Source: Mustelus asterias (Eukaryota). From it: DNA of 64,000 nt. The notes beneath the pieces were generated by a model. The model did no database searches and was not told the origin of the DNA. It saw nothing but the letters and a program-made list of their open reading frames with translations. The position numbers and the translations under genes are program-made. Positions 24,100 to 37,009 of this stretch are shown here, piece after piece (the stretch's first letter is position 1; each line of letters opens with the position of its first letter). The stretch is taken from NCBI RefSeq assembly GCF_964213995.1, contig NW_027590385.1:62001-126000 (forward strand), written 5' to 3'.

Positions 24100-24548
24100 G
24101 GTCGCCCCACGCACAGCTTTCCTGTGCTGTTCTCACTCTGACCCGTCTCACCTCTGCTGTTTTATTAGAGATTTTATTGGGGATATTGATCTTTGCTGCT
24201 TTTCCCTGTTTGGCACTGATTGGATCAGTCGTTGAATGGAGAGGCAAGATATATCTCCATGTCTGAAAGAGGATTTCACAGACTACAAAGTTATGAAGTG
24301 AGGGAACATCAAATGGAAATATATCAGACCATTCATTATTCCATCACCTCTTATGAAGTAGATGTTTCAAATCAACATTCATCCTCCTCCGCATCATAGC
24401 TGCTTCCCCAAACATGATTGATAACAAACTGTTTGTTATGTTGCTGTAAGAATGAATATTGTCATTCTCCATGTCAAAACAGAGCCACCAAGACTCAGGG
24501 GACCGGTCGTTGCCTGAAATGACGGCTGAAGAGGAAAGTAATCCCCTG
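24100..24548 (+). pseudogene. Decayed family C promoter/leader/FR1 relic
   Basis: AGAGGATTTC..ACTACAAAGTT matches the 5' UTR at 18966-18990. CCTGAAATGACGGCTGAAGAGGAAAGTAAT matches SEISVKEESN of the V at 19210. Confidence 0.6.
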
Positions 24549-24805
24549 TAGTGGGATGACCAAATTCACTTTGTTGCTTTCGTCCCTCCGCCAAGAGGAT
24601 GAATTGGAGATGAAGGAACTGTGAGTTCATTGCTTGAATTGGAAATCAAAGGAGCTTGAAGCCAATTGGATGTTATCTGATGATGTTTTCAGCAGTGTAC
24701 CAATCAACAGGGGCCCGGATATGACTCAACCTCTTCCCCCTCTTGAGTAAAACAACTTCAGCTTCAACCCGTTCTGGTCAAATCCACTTCCAGCTCTCTG
24801 CAAAC

Positions 24806-25731
24806 ATGTCTCCTGTTACTCTGTATTTATTCCTCATAGCGACAGCTCTTTTAACCGGTAGGTTCACAAGTTTCTCAATTCTGTGTTGTACATCATTCCC
24901 ACATAATATATTCTGTCAGGTGGTTCTCTCAATGCAAGGGGGAGGGGGTGGGTGATCAGGGAATGGATTGATCACAACATCGAAAAATTGTCATGATCCC
25001 GCTGGTCTCAACACTGAGCACTGTTGGGATTGGACACATTTCTCCCATGGAATGAGAGAGAATGAGTTGGGCTCAGATTGAAGCTCCTCTGATACCAGCG
25101 AATGATTTTGGCAAACACCACACTTCAAACAGACAGACCGTGAGCGGTTTCCAGTTACAGGGACTGAAGGCGAGGAACTGATCTCTTTAGAAAGAACAGA
25201 ATGTTTATGGTGGAAGTTTTATTTAATCGCCACAAGCACCTTCCCTTTCTAGCCGCTGAACTGTGAAATATATGTTTTGTTGTGCTGTGTGATTTCTTTG
25301 TGAGATTATTGTTCAAGATTACGGCAGATTCGAGGGGTGGGGGGGAAGGGGGGGGGGATTCGGGGGGGGGGGGCGCAGAGTGAAGTCGCATTGTTTAGAT
25401 TAATATTTCTTTGCTTTCTTACAGGAGACTGTGGAGGAGATTCTGTTTCACAGACACCGGCTGCAGTCACCGTTACTGAAGGAAATATTGTTCAGTTGCT
25501 CTGTAATTATACAGCTACAAGTACTAGCACTCCTTATTTATTCTGGTACCGTCAGTATTCCAATGGGTCCATGGAGTTTCTGCTGAGCAGCTCTAGATAC
25601 AGTGGCAACACAGAGATGTCCTCAGGGGACCGTTTTTCAGCGGAGTTCAATGATACAATCCGCACCGTCCCGTTGAAAGTGTCGAAAACAGAGCTGGAAG
25701 ACTCCGGGGGTTATTACTGCGCACTGAGACC
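24806..25731 (+). CDS. TRAV: TCR alpha/delta V gene segment, apparently functional (family A)
   Basis: Leader 24806-24857 MSPVTLYLFLIATALLT, V exon 25425-25731 GDCGGDSVSQTPAAVTVTEGNIVQLLC..WYRQ..DSGGYYCALRP. RSS CACAGAA-23-TCAAAAACT (25732-25770). Promoter has CCAAT and TGACTCA. Confidence 0.92.
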
Positions 25732-27262
25732 CACAGAAACACAGAGATGGGCTGAACCTGTTCAAAAACTCTCAGGGCCTCACGCAACATAACAGAGCGT
25801 GAGGCAACCATTGGATCAGAGTGAGTCTGAAATGGAACCTGAAATCGTGGTGATTTCTCAATCTTTTACTGAGAATATTTTTATGAATAACAAATATATT
25901 GCAAAATTAAAACACCGGGACACTTAAAAGAATGCGCATGATAATATTTGTAAATTGTAATGTCCCGAACTGTTTTATGTCGTAAACACAGCAGCTAATT
26001 TGGACTCAGCATATTATTTCATTCAGTAATATTGTAGTGCTCTGGCTGTGTCAGTCCCTGTGATTGGTGAACAGATATCGAACAGGATGTTTCTCTTGCT
26101 CTTTTTGGAAACAGTGACCATGTATCACCTCCACTTGAGAGGGAAGACGTACCCCAGATTTAACAGGTCACCGAGAGGCTGGCAGCTCTGACAGTGCAGC
26201 ATTTCTAAGCACTGCACTGTTTCCTCGGTAAGTTCCCGGAGTATTGTTCTGGATAGATTGCCGTTGTCCCCTGGAGTGGAAATAATCTCTGAAGGGACTG
26301 GAGAGAGTATTCGGGAAGTCTCAGGACGTGGTGACCACTCATTAACCCAATCTGGGAAAAACAAACTGAAATAACGAAAATGAAATTAAAAATAAACATT
26401 ATCGGTCCCCGTGGAAACAGAAAGACAATGAATGCAACCTCTACAAACAAGTATCCCTCGAAAAAAGAGAACTTACGTTTACTGATGTAACGCCTTTCAC
26501 AGGCTCCAGAAGTCAAATGGGACTTGCGAACCTCAGGAATGTCATTTCCAGTGTAGTCGGTGTGGTGATGTTACAAACGGTATCAGCGCAGCAGGCAGTG
26601 GGAATATTTAATTCTCAGTCAGAAATTCTCGTCACTCTGACCCTGGAGTAAAGGGATTGGGGAATCCAAATATGTGCCGGTTACATTGAACTTGTCGCAA
26701 ATTTGAACCAAATAATGGACACCTCTCTCTCTCTCTCTCTCTTCCTCTCTTTCCATCCATCCTCTCTCTTTCTCTTTCTGCTACATTGAGGAGCCATGTT
26801 GACGATCCATATTGTCCTAAACGCCTTCCTCAGACTACCCAATGACATTAGAATACAATGCTTTATAGAGTTCACTCGCAAACAATGGGTATATTCCCAT
26901 TACCATGACATTAATTGTATCGCAGCTTGATGTATTTCCATTCACTGGCTTCCAGCTCACCACCGATTGGTGGAGCAAGACCACAAAATGGCATGATTGT
27001 CTTTTGGAAGAATGAGTCAATATGGTTCCGTGCTGGATCTGCCTGACAGATTGGATTCTGCAGTTTGTTTTCTCCACTGCTGCTAGAAACAGTTAGATGG
27101 TGGTTTCATCTGAGGTTAACTTGATTTCCTCTGTGTGGTGTGTTTGAGAGGCTGACAGCTCAGTTAACATCTGGCCATAAAGCAATCTTCAATCGTCACG
27201 GGCTCATTCCTCCAGTGTAAGCCGGTTTTTGCACGAAGCTGGGTCTTCTTTCTATCACTGTG

Positions 27263-27725
27263 CGTCTGAACGCGCAGTAATAAGTGGCAGCATCAGTCTG
27301 GCTCAGGTCGAATATATTTAAACTGAGGAATTTGTTCGAGGCCTGGAGATCTACATAGAACCGACTTTTAAAAACATCTGCTTTATCTTCATAACCATCA
27401 GGATCTTTCCGCAGAATAAACACGGGCTGCGTGTCTGGAAGTTGTCGGTACCAGTACAGCCTATAGTCGCTCTCTGTGGTTTGATAGTCACAGGTTAAAG
27501 TCACGATCTCGCCTTCTCTCTTAACATCTGATGAGAGCGACTGGGTGACAGAATCTCCATGACTCAGATCTGAAATTAACAAAACAGAAAATGTCCAGAC
27601 GGGCAGATCATGAAAGAATGGTCTGGAACCAAGCTTGGGAAATGTGAGAAACGGTGCAATGTATTTTGCACATAATTACCTGTCAGGAATGGTCCCCACA
27701 TTACCCACATACGGAGCAGCCACAT
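27263..27725 (-). CDS. TRAV: TCR alpha/delta V gene segment, apparently functional (family B)
   Basis: Leader 27725-27680 MWLLRMWVMWGPFLT, V exon 27569-27263 DLSHGDSVTQSLSSDVKREGEIVTLTC..WYRQ..DAATYYCAFRR. RSS CACAGTG-23-GCAAAAACC (27262-27224). CRE-like TGACGTCG at 27953. Confidence 0.93.
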
Positions 27726-28662
27726 TGTCGCTGTCCGCTCTGTAGACGAGGAGCTGGGTGTTTGATTTCATCAAGTCTAATCCTTACCCTCAATAATCAG
27801 CTTCCTATCTCCAGATGTTCTCACTTCCGTCCCTTCTGTCCCCAGTGGAGCTCCGTGACACCCAGGTGGTGAGATAACAGACAGTAAACAGACACACAGT
27901 GAGCTGGATGGCAATCACTATCCTTACAGAGAAAATTTCGAGATTTAACGATTGACGTCGGGAAGAAAATGGACAAATGGGGTGTAGGAACGTGGGAACA
28001 GCTGTAGGCCATTCTGCCCTTCGATTCTGTTTTGTCATTCAGTTAGATCAGGGCTGATAAGCCTGAACGCCACTTTCCCGCGCTATCAGCATAGCTCTTG
28101 ATGAGATTATGCTCCATAAAGCTATTGATTCAACATGCTCAATAATTGACATTCCACAAAATCCGCTTATTTTCTTACTGTGACCCGGAAGCTAAGGAAG
28201 GCTAAATAGTTCTGTCATTGTTTTTTTTTAATACGTCCATTAGCCTTACTTTCAGGACAGTTTCAATCGTGATTCCAGTGAAAGTTTGTTCTGTGTGTGG
28301 GACATGGGTGCCACTGGTTGGCCAGCATTTATTGTCCATCGCTAGTTTAGGATCAACCACATTACAATGGCTCTGGTGTCACATGTAGGCCAGAGGTTTG
28401 CAGTTTTCCTTCCCTAAAGTACTTTAGTGAACTAGATTTTTAATTGTAGATTTTTTTTTATTGAAATAGGTCTGCAGAACTTTAGCTGAGCTTCTGCATT
28501 AATCGTCTAGGGATAATACCACCAGGCCATCGTCTCCCCTGTTGTGAATATCAGAAAACACTGAAAATGTATGGAGGCACTGCAGAGTGAATCATGCTGT
28601 ATTTAAAGAAGTTCAATGTTATTACCATTCTCTGCTCCGTTCACCCTGTGACTTTGCGGCAG

Positions 28663-28974
28663 TGTTTTGGTGCGGGGCTCCCTCTGGTTTCTGTCTCTGA
28701 GTCTCTTCCGTCCGCAGTAATACACCGCGTGGCCAGACAGCCGCAGCTCACGGATGGTGAAATTCCCATTGTTTTTCGACCGGTCAATAGATGCAGAAAA
28801 TCAGGTCCCCATGTCCTCTGCAAGGGAAATGTCTCCCTAATTCGAGACATAGTTCAAGAAGATGGGAGCTTTCTCTCGGTCCTGGCGGTACAATTGAATG
28901 TAATATGCACCAACTGCTCAGCAGTTGAACATAATGGTCACCGAGTCTCCTTCAAACGTCAAGCTGAATTGTGG
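28663..28974 (-). pseudogene. TCR V pseudogene (family E)
   Basis: PQFSLTFEGDSVTIMFNC*AVGAYYIQLYRQDREKAPIFLNYVSN*..MGT*FSASID..AVYYCGRKR with three stops. RSS CTCAGAG-23-ACCAAAACA has lost the essential CAC. Confidence 0.85.
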
Positions 28975-29244
28975 ATTGTGGTCGGTGTATACTCCATGGG
29001 CCGAATGGCCTCCTTTTGCACTGTATAGTTTCTATGATTCGGTGAAGTTTTGGGAACCGGAGTTCGAATTCTAACACGATAGACTAACTCAATTCAAGGG
29101 CAATTAGGGATGCCTGTAAAGGAGTAAAGAAAATACTATCTATGCAACTTTTCCTCACTTAAACGAATAGGTTTTGAGAAAGTTTGCACCCGATTTTGAA
29201 AGGTCGGGCCAATATGTAAACATTGCTATATCTTGCACGTGTGT

Positions 29245-29317
29245 GGGCCAGTGGCGCAATGAATAACGCATCTAGCTACGGATTAGAAGAGTCCAGATTC
29301 GACTCCTGGCTGACACA
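29245..29317 (+). pseudogene. tRNA-Arg(ACG) pseudogene
   Basis: GGGCCAGTGGCGCAATGAATAACGCATCTAGCTACGGATTAGAAGAGTCCAGATTCGACTCCTGGCTG, with multiple substitutions versus Arg-ACG. Confidence 0.8.
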
Positions 29318-29699
29318 TGGGCACTTTTCAACAATAGTTCATTAACTCCACGTTAGTTTCGATGAACAAAACGTGTTTTCAGTAACTTTAAACAAATGTT
29401 GACCAAATACAGTCAGCTTCTATGAAGAAATTTTTCCTGGGTGATTGTTTTTTTTAAAGTTGACTATTTTAAGAAAAGTTCCACTCAAAAACTTTCATCG
29501 ATTACTTTTAAACTAGTTTCTTTAAATGACGAATTCCCCTTAAATTGTGGTTGGTGCTGACTTGGTAGGCCGAATGGCCTCCTTCTACACTGCACGGGTT
29601 CTCTGGATTCTCTGGATTCATCGCAGTAACCGGCTCGTGAGACCGCGTCTGCAGCAGTGAAATCTGCAGAAATATAGAAATATCGAACGTTAAGGTGAT

Positions 29700-30955
29700 A
29701 TTGTAACTAATAGCGTCAGGGAACGGATCACATTGTAAACCTCGATCAGGTCACCCTTCAACCTCCTTATCTTGTCAAAGGCTTCACTGAAGTCCATGTA
29801 TATAACATCCACTGCCTTTCCCTCTTCTACCATCTTAGTCAGTTCCTCGAAAATCGCAATGAAGTTAGTGAGGCATGACCGCCCCTTCACAAAACCACGC
29901 TGTCTATCACTAATAAGTCCATTTGTTTCCAAATGTGATAAACCCTGTCCCTCAGAATATTTTCTAATAATTTCCTGGATTATCCCTGCTGCCCTTCTTA
30001 CAAGGGCTGCTGCCATTCTGGAACTATCCTTCAGTCCTCTGGAACTTCACCTGTAGCCAGTGAGGATACAAAGATTACTGTCAAGGCCCCAGCAAATTCC
30101 GCCCTTGCCTCCCTCAGTTTTCTGCGATAGATCCCATTAAGCCCTGGGGGCTTACCTACTTTAATGTTTTTTTAAGACGCCCAACACCTCCTCCTTTTCG
30201 ATATCGAGATGACCCTGAATATCTACTCAGCCAACCCTTGGCTCCTCACCTATCAAGTCCCTCTCTTTTGATGAATACTGAGGCAAGGTATTCATTTAGT
30301 ATTTGGGAGAAAGAGTCGAGAGCTTCAAGTTTGTAGGTGCCCAGATCACCAACAATCTGTCCTGGTCCCCCCACGCCGACACTATGGTTAAGAAAGCCCA
30401 TTAACGCCTCTACTTTCTCAGAAGACGAAGGAAATTTGGCATGTCAGCTACTACTCTCACCAACTTTTACAGTTGGGCCATAGAAAGCATTCTTTCTCGT
30501 TGGATTACAGCTTGGTATGGCTCCTGCTCTGCCCAAAGCCGCAAGGAACTAGAAAAGGTCGTGAATGTAGTCCAATCCATCACGCAAACCAGCCTCCCAT
30601 CCATTGAATCTGTCTACTCTTCCTGCTGCCTCGGCAAAGCAATCAGCATAATTAAGGATCCCACACACCGCGGACATTCTCTCTTCCACCTTCTTCTTTC
30701 GGAAGAAAGATACAAAAGTCTGAGTTCACGTACCAACCGACTCAAAAACAGCTTCTTCCCTGCTGCTGTCAGACTTTTGAATGGACTTACCTTGCATTAA
30801 GTTGATCTTTCTCTACACTCTAGCTATGACTATAATCGTACATTCTGCACTCTCTCGTTTCCTTCTCTATGAATGGTATGTCTTGTCTGTATTGCGCGCA
30901 AGAAACAATACTTTCACTGTATGTTAATACATGTGACAATAATAAATCAAATTAC
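29700..30955. mobile_element. CR1 fragments (minus) followed by a Rex-Babar/L2-like 3' end (plus)
   Basis: [25 protein letters not shown] on the minus strand. 30305-30955 matches 39990-40640. Confidence 0.75.
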
Positions 30956-30980
30956 AACATCTGACTTGGAGACAACGAAA

Positions 30981-31070
30981 GGGCTCGTCCACGATTTGAA
31001 CCCGGGACCCCTTGCATGCTCATCAACTGAAATTCCCTAAGCGCGAATCAGACCCCTGCACCAACGAAAC
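30981..31070 (-). pseudogene. Intron-containing tRNA-Pro(AGG) pseudogene
   Basis: Minus strand GTTTCGTTGGTGCAGGGGTCTGATTCGCGCTTAGGG[AATTTCAGTTGATGAGCA]TGCAAGGGGTCCCGGGTTCAAATCGTGGACGAGCCC; 72 nt plus an 18-nt insert at position 37/38. Confidence 0.75.
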
Positions 31071-31071
31071 T

Positions 31072-31232
31072 GATGTGGAGATGCCGGCGTTGGACTGGGG
31101 TAAGCACAGTAAGAAGTCTCACAACACCAGGTTAAAGTCCAACAGGTTTATTTGGTAGCAAATACCATAAGCTTTCGGAGCACAGCTCCTTCGTCAGATG
31201 GAGTGGATATCTGTTCTCCAACAGTGCACAGA
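31072..31232 (-). mobile_element. Penelope-like terminal repeat fragment
   Basis: Reverse complement of ~585-743. Confidence 0.8.
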
Positions 31233-31803
31233 AACTGCACATAAGCAAGCATTAAAATATAACTCATTTATCTTTCTCCAAAGCAGTTCTGACACCTCCA
31301 GTGAAAGACGAAATTGTTGAAAAAACTCACCGCATCAGCATTTGTGGACTTAAAGCTCCAGCGAAATATCCGCCCAATATTGTTATCTCGACTGTCTGCA
31401 GCTGGGGGCTTTTGTTTATAAAGTACACATGTTACAGTCAATATTTTAACCCAGCGACTTCAACATGTGACAACTCTGAGGCAGCCTTTGATATTTGATC
31501 ACTTTTGAAAGGTGTGGTCTGTCACAGTTAACTGATCTGGAACATTTAAAATACAGATTGATGGCCTTGTTCTCTTGGGAGATCTGCGGGTTTGTGTCAA
31601 TGGGATCGGGAAACGATTGGATTTGATCTGATATTAATATGAGTAAAAATATGTCAAATTTCTCAACATTGACAATGATTAACCTCAGTGAGGGAAAACA
31701 CTCAGACGGGGCCTAATTGTCACGTTCACTATGAGTAATTATTCTCTGAAGTTTAACCCCATGTGTTGTCCTGATAATGAATAATTGATCATCGACCTGT
31801 GCC

Positions 31804-32307
31804 AGATTTTGAATGAGGCCCGCGGGAGCCTCATTCACTGTGGCTCTCAGTGCACAGTAATACTCGGCGCTGTCTGTCACCTTCTAATCTTTCATGGACA
31901 AGTGAAAAGTGCTTTGTTTCAGGTTGAGATTCCCGCTGAAGTGTTCAAAGCCTGGAGCCGTATCGGTAAATGAGCGGCTCTGAGCAGTTAATGAGGAGTT
32001 CGGTGTGTGTACTGGCGGTACCAGAACAGGTAATGTTGTATAGTTGTACTCGGTACCGAGTAACTGCAGGGAATTGCTGAATCTTCACCCTCTGCTGCTT
32101 CAACTCCTGGTTCTGACTGGGACACTGAGTCACCGTCACTCATGTCTGAAAATAGACAACAGAAACGCAGCGGGTTAGAAGGAGTAACAACAACGGAATA
32201 ATCCCCTCGAGATAGAAATGGGGAATGAATATGGTGACTGGCGGATTTCACGCAGAAGTTCAAAATGACAAACCTGTAATCAGAGTAAGAAAGAGTTTCG
32301 CCCCCAT
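31804..32307 (-). pseudogene. TRAV: TCR V pseudogene (family F)
   Basis: Short leader 32307-32274 MGAKLFLTLIT. V exon from 32145 DMSDGDSVSQSEPG..PC..WYRQYTHRTPH*, then a frameshift and second stop, ending DSAEYYCALRA. RSS CACAGTG-23-TCAAAATCT. Confidence 0.88.
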
Positions 32308-32582
32308 GGTCCGAGTCTGAACACCAGAAACAGAGAGTCATCACTGCCTGCATCAGATCTGCAATTAGAGAAGTTGAAACAGTCAGTGGGATGTTATGAG
32401 GTCGAAGGTGACTCCATCTCTCCGCCCATTTTTACATCTTCAAACAGACGCTTACTTCCATTAGAAGGGGATCGTGATATTTCATAAGTGATCAGAGAGC
32501 GCCCTCCCGTGGACAGCACGGCCGCATATTGGAAACAGGTACACACACGGCCACCTGCAAAGACTGATACATATCTAGGTAA

Positions 32583-32810
32583 TAGAATCATAGAACCCCT
32601 ACAGTACAGAAGGAGGCCATTCGGCCCACAGAGTCTGTACCGATCACAAGCCCACCCAGGCCCTATTCCTATAACCTCATACATTTACCCCGCTAATCCC
32701 CTGACACTAGGGTCAATTTAGCATGGCCAATCAAACTAACCTGCACATCTTTGGACCGTGGGAGGAAACCGAAGCACCCGAGGAAACCCATTCGGACACG
32801 GGGAGAGCAG
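32583..32810 (-). mobile_element. HE1-type SINE, partial
   Basis: Homologous to 60595-60810. Confidence 0.75.
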
Positions 32811-33373
32811 ATACACACACGGCCACATGCAAAGACCAGCATGTATAAGGATATACAACCATATAGATATATGCTCAGACAGTGACATCAATTCTAACGT
32901 CCCTCGTTATAAATCCAGAATTATTCTGTAGATTTCTGACACATTAGTCTGAGTTGCTAACTATGGAAATACATGAATAACTCCAACTCCATGTTCACTA
33001 GAAGCCTCGTGAACCGCACAGAATCAACAAAATCATAGACACAGGGACAAGTAAACACAGTGATCGATTCTCAAACTGATCGGCTCAAACATAGACACAC
33101 AGACAATCACTAAGGAAGATAAACAAACAGATTAACGCAGCCACTGACACACTCAAGAGAAGTGCACTCACTGACAATCCCAAAAGCGTCCTAGCTCCAG
33201 AGTAACTTTCTGAACTGGAATTCCCGAGGGTCGTGTCAGTGCGGCAATATCGTGTTAGATATTCATTGCGATGGAACTGTCCATTTTAGCAACAGGAACA
33301 GCCAGAAATCTGTTTCTCATCAATGGTGGACACTTTTGGAGAGGAAGCAATAATGGATGTATTTATTTTTACA

Positions 33374-36045
33374 CAGTAAGAAGTTTAACAACACCAGGTT
33401 AAAGTCCAACAGGTTTATTTGGTAGCAAAAGCCACACAAGCTTTCGGAGCTCTAAGCCCCTTCTTCAGGTGAGTGGGAATTCTGTTCACAAACAGAGCTG
33501 ATAAAGACACAAACTCAATTTACATGAATAATGGTTGGAATGCGAATACTTACAACGAATCAAGTCTTTAAGAAACAAAACAATGCGAGTGGAGAGAGCA
33601 TCAAGACAGGCCAAAAAGATGAGTATTGTCTGCAGACAAGACAGCCAGTGAAACTCTGCAGGTCCAGGCAACTGTGGGGGTTACAAATAGTGTGACATGA
33701 ACCCAATATCCCGTTTGAGGCCGTCCTCGTGTGTGCGGAACTTGGCTATCAGTTTCTGCTCAGCGACTCTGCGCTGTCGTGTGTTGCGAAGGCCGCCTTG
33801 GAGAACGCTTACCCGAATATCAGAGGCCGAATGCCCGTGACCGCTGAAGTGCTCCCCAACAGGAAGAGAACAGTCTTGCCTGGTGATTGTCGAGCGGTGT
33901 TCCTTCATCCGTTGTCGCAGCGTCTGCATAGTTTCCCCAATGTACCATGCCTCGGGACATCCTTTCTTGCAGCGTATCAGGTAGACAACGTTAGCCGAAT
34001 TGCAAGAGTATGTACCGTGTACCTGGTGGATGGTGTTCTCACGTGAGATGATGGCATCTGTGTCGATGATCCGGCACGTCTTGCAGAGGTTGCTGTGGCA
34101 GGGTTGTGTGGTGTCATGGTCACTGTTCTCCTGAAGGCTGGGTAGTTTGCTGCGGACAATGGTCTGTTTGAGGTTGTGCGGTTGTTTGAAGGCAAGAAGT
34201 GGGGGTGTGGGGATGGCCTTGGCGAGATGTTCGTCTTCATCAATGACATGTTGAAGGCTCCGGAGGAGATGCCGTAGCTTCTCTGCTCCGGGGAAGTACT
34301 GGACAATGAAGGGTACTCTGTCCACTGTGTCCCGTGTGTTTCTTCTGAGGAGGTCGGTGCGGTTTTTCGCTGTGGCGCGTCGGAACTGTTCATCAATGAG
34401 TCGAGCATCATATCCTGTTCTTATGAGGGCATCTTTCAGCGTCTGGATGTGTCTGTTGCGATCCTCCTCATCCGAGCAGATCCTGTGTATACGGAGGGCT
34501 TGTCTGTAGGGGATGGCTTCTTTAACGTGTTTAGGGTGGAAGCTGGAGAAGTGGAACATCGTGAGGTTATCCGTGGGCTTGCGGTACAGTGAGGTGCTGA
34601 GGTGACCGTCCTTAATGGAGATGCCTGTGTCCAAGAATGCAACCAATTCCGGAGAGTAGTCTATGATGAGTCTGACGGTGGGATGGAATTTGTTGATGTC
34701 ATCATAGAGTTGTTTCAGTGATTGTTCACCATGAGTCCAATGGAAGAAAATGTCATCGATGTATCTAGTGTATAGCATCGGTTGAAGGTCCCGTCCGGTG
34801 AAGAAGTCTTGTTCGAACCTGTGCATGAAGATGTTGGCATATTGAGGTGCGAATGTGGTCACCATGGCTGTTCCGTGTGTCTGGATGAAGAACTGGTTGT
34901 TGACGGTGAAGATGTTGTGGTCCAGGATGAAGCGGATGAGTCGTAAAATTGCATCTGGAAACTGGCAGTTGTTGGTGCTGAGCACTGAGGCCGTTGCAGC
35001 AATGCCATCGTCATGGGGGATGCTGGTGTAGAGTGCCGAGACATCCATTGTGACGAGGAGTGCTCCTGGTTCAACTGCTCCATGTGTGCCGAGTTTCTGT
35101 AGGAAGTCCGTCGTGTCGCGACAAAAGCTGGGGGTTCTTTGTACAATGGGTTTCAGGATGCCCTCGACATAGCCGGAGAGCTTCTCTCACAGGGTCTCAT
35201 TGCCCGATACGATGGGACGGCCGGGTGTGTTTGCCTTGTTTATCTTCGGGAGGCAGTAGAGATCTCCAACGCGGGGAGTATGTAGGATGAGAGCACGGAG
35301 GGTGTTCTGTTGGTCCGGATCAAAGGTCTTGATCAGAGTGTTGAGTTGACGGGTGTGTTCTTTGGTCGGATCTGCAGGTAACTGTCTGTAGTGTTCCTCG
35401 TTGTTGAGTTGTCGGTACACTTCTTTGCAGTAATCCGTTCTGTTCAGTATGACGATGGCCCCTCCTTTGTCTGCTGGTTTGATGACAATGTTGCGGTTGG
35501 TCTTGAGAGCGTGGATGGCGTTACGTTGTGCTTGGGTGATGTTCGGGGCTACCTTGTGAGTGCGGCTGATGAATTTGGTGTTGACACACCTCCTGACGGC
35601 TTGGGCATACATGTCAAGTCGAGGGCAGCGGCCTTCCGGAGGAGTCCAATTCGACTCTTTCCTCTTCGGATGCACTGCGGATCTCTCTGTCGGCTGTTCC
35701 GGTTCATTGGCTGTCTCATTGTGTTCGTTGTTGGCCTCTTGGGGTTTGTGGAAGAACTCCCTCAGCCTCAATCGCTTGATGAATTCCTCTGTGTCTGCTG
35801 CGAGACTGATGGGGTCTATTTTGGTGGTGGGGCAAAAATTAAGCCCTTGGCTTAATTCATGTAAATTGAGTTTGTGTCTTTATATGCTCTGTTTGTGAAC
35901 AGAATTCCCACTCACCTGAAGAAGGGGCTTAGAGCTCCGAAAGCTTGTGTGGCTTTTGCTACCAAATAAACCTGTTGGACTTTAACCTGGTGTTGTTAAA
36001 CTTCTTACTGTGTTTACCCCAGTCCAACGCCGGCATCTCCACATC
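33374..36045 (-). mobile_element. Penelope-like retroelement (RT + GIY-YIG endonuclease), frameshifted
   Basis: ORFs 35771-35187 and 35048-33681 with MDVSALYTSIPH, RYIDD, NVVYLIRC..WYIGET. Inverted terminal repeats. TSD ATTTATTTTTACA (33361-33373 and 36046-36058). Confidence 0.92.
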
Positions 36046-36091
36046 ATTTATTTTTACAGCCAAACACATTCTGGATGTGTCCGTATCATGT

Positions 36092-36385
36092 TTAAAGTTT
36101 ATTTATTAGAGTCACAAAAGTAGGATTACGTTAATACTGCAATGAAGTTACTGTGAAAATCCCCTAGTCGCCACACTCCGCCACCTGTTCGGGGACACTA
36201 AGGGAGAAATTTAGCATGGCAATGCACCGAACCAGCACGTATTTCGGACTGTGGGAGGAAACTGGAGCAAATCCACACAGACACGGGAAGAACGTGCAAA
36301 CTCCACACAGAACCAAGCCAGGAATCGAACCCGGGTCCCTGGCGCTGTGAGGCAGCAGTGTGCCACTGTGCCACCGTGCCACCCC
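36092..36385 (-). mobile_element. HE1-related SINE variant
   Basis: tRNA-like head GGCACGGTGGCACAGTGG..GGTTCGATTCC on the minus strand. Confidence 0.75.
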
Positions 36386-37009
36386 GTGTGAGGTCGGTGT
36401 AGGTAAGACAGATTCCCCACCCATTCTCGAGGTTGTCAGATCGGATGTTCGGGACAACTCAAGGAAACTGCTTCAGGTATAGGTGATTCATTCTCCTCTG
36501 TTATATTCCACACTCTGTGGAAAGTTGTGGAGTTAATGTAGTTATATTAGATATGATTCCGAAATAGTGAGGAGATGCTTCATCCGATTAAAGTCGTTTT
36601 GCAAATTTGATATGAAATCAATTGCTTAAATAAATATATGTTTACATTGAAAACTATATTGGGAAGCTATATCCAATACTTCATGCCATCGAGTCAGGGA
36701 AACGTTGTTACTTAAAGCAAACTGTACAAGGATTCCACAGAAACTCCTTCTTCAAATGGGGATTGGACAATGACTTGAAAGGGAGAAAAATCAGCTTCAT
36801 GGAATGAGAGGAGGAAATTGAAATGAGAACAAAGAACAGTGCAGCACAGGAACAGGCCCTTCGGCCCACCAAGCCCGCACCGACACGTCAGTTTGGTAGC
36901 TCGTCATAAAATAATTGGCATAGGCATGGTGGGTCGAAGGGCCTCTTATTGTTCTTTGCCATTGCCAACCATTTTCAATCATTACAACAATCTGAGGTCC
37001 CTATCTGCT

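Noticed and set aside
26125-26560. Acceptor followed by VCFSQI as an IgH-like V exon
   Set aside because: No Ig framework residues follow; the downstream part looks like a repeat fragment.
1025-32307. NAR-TCR, IgH-like or TAIL V segments
   Set aside because: All readable Vs have their own leader and TCR alpha/delta-type WYRQ-like and CA(L/F/M/V) ends; no D segments or leaderless supporting V were seen.
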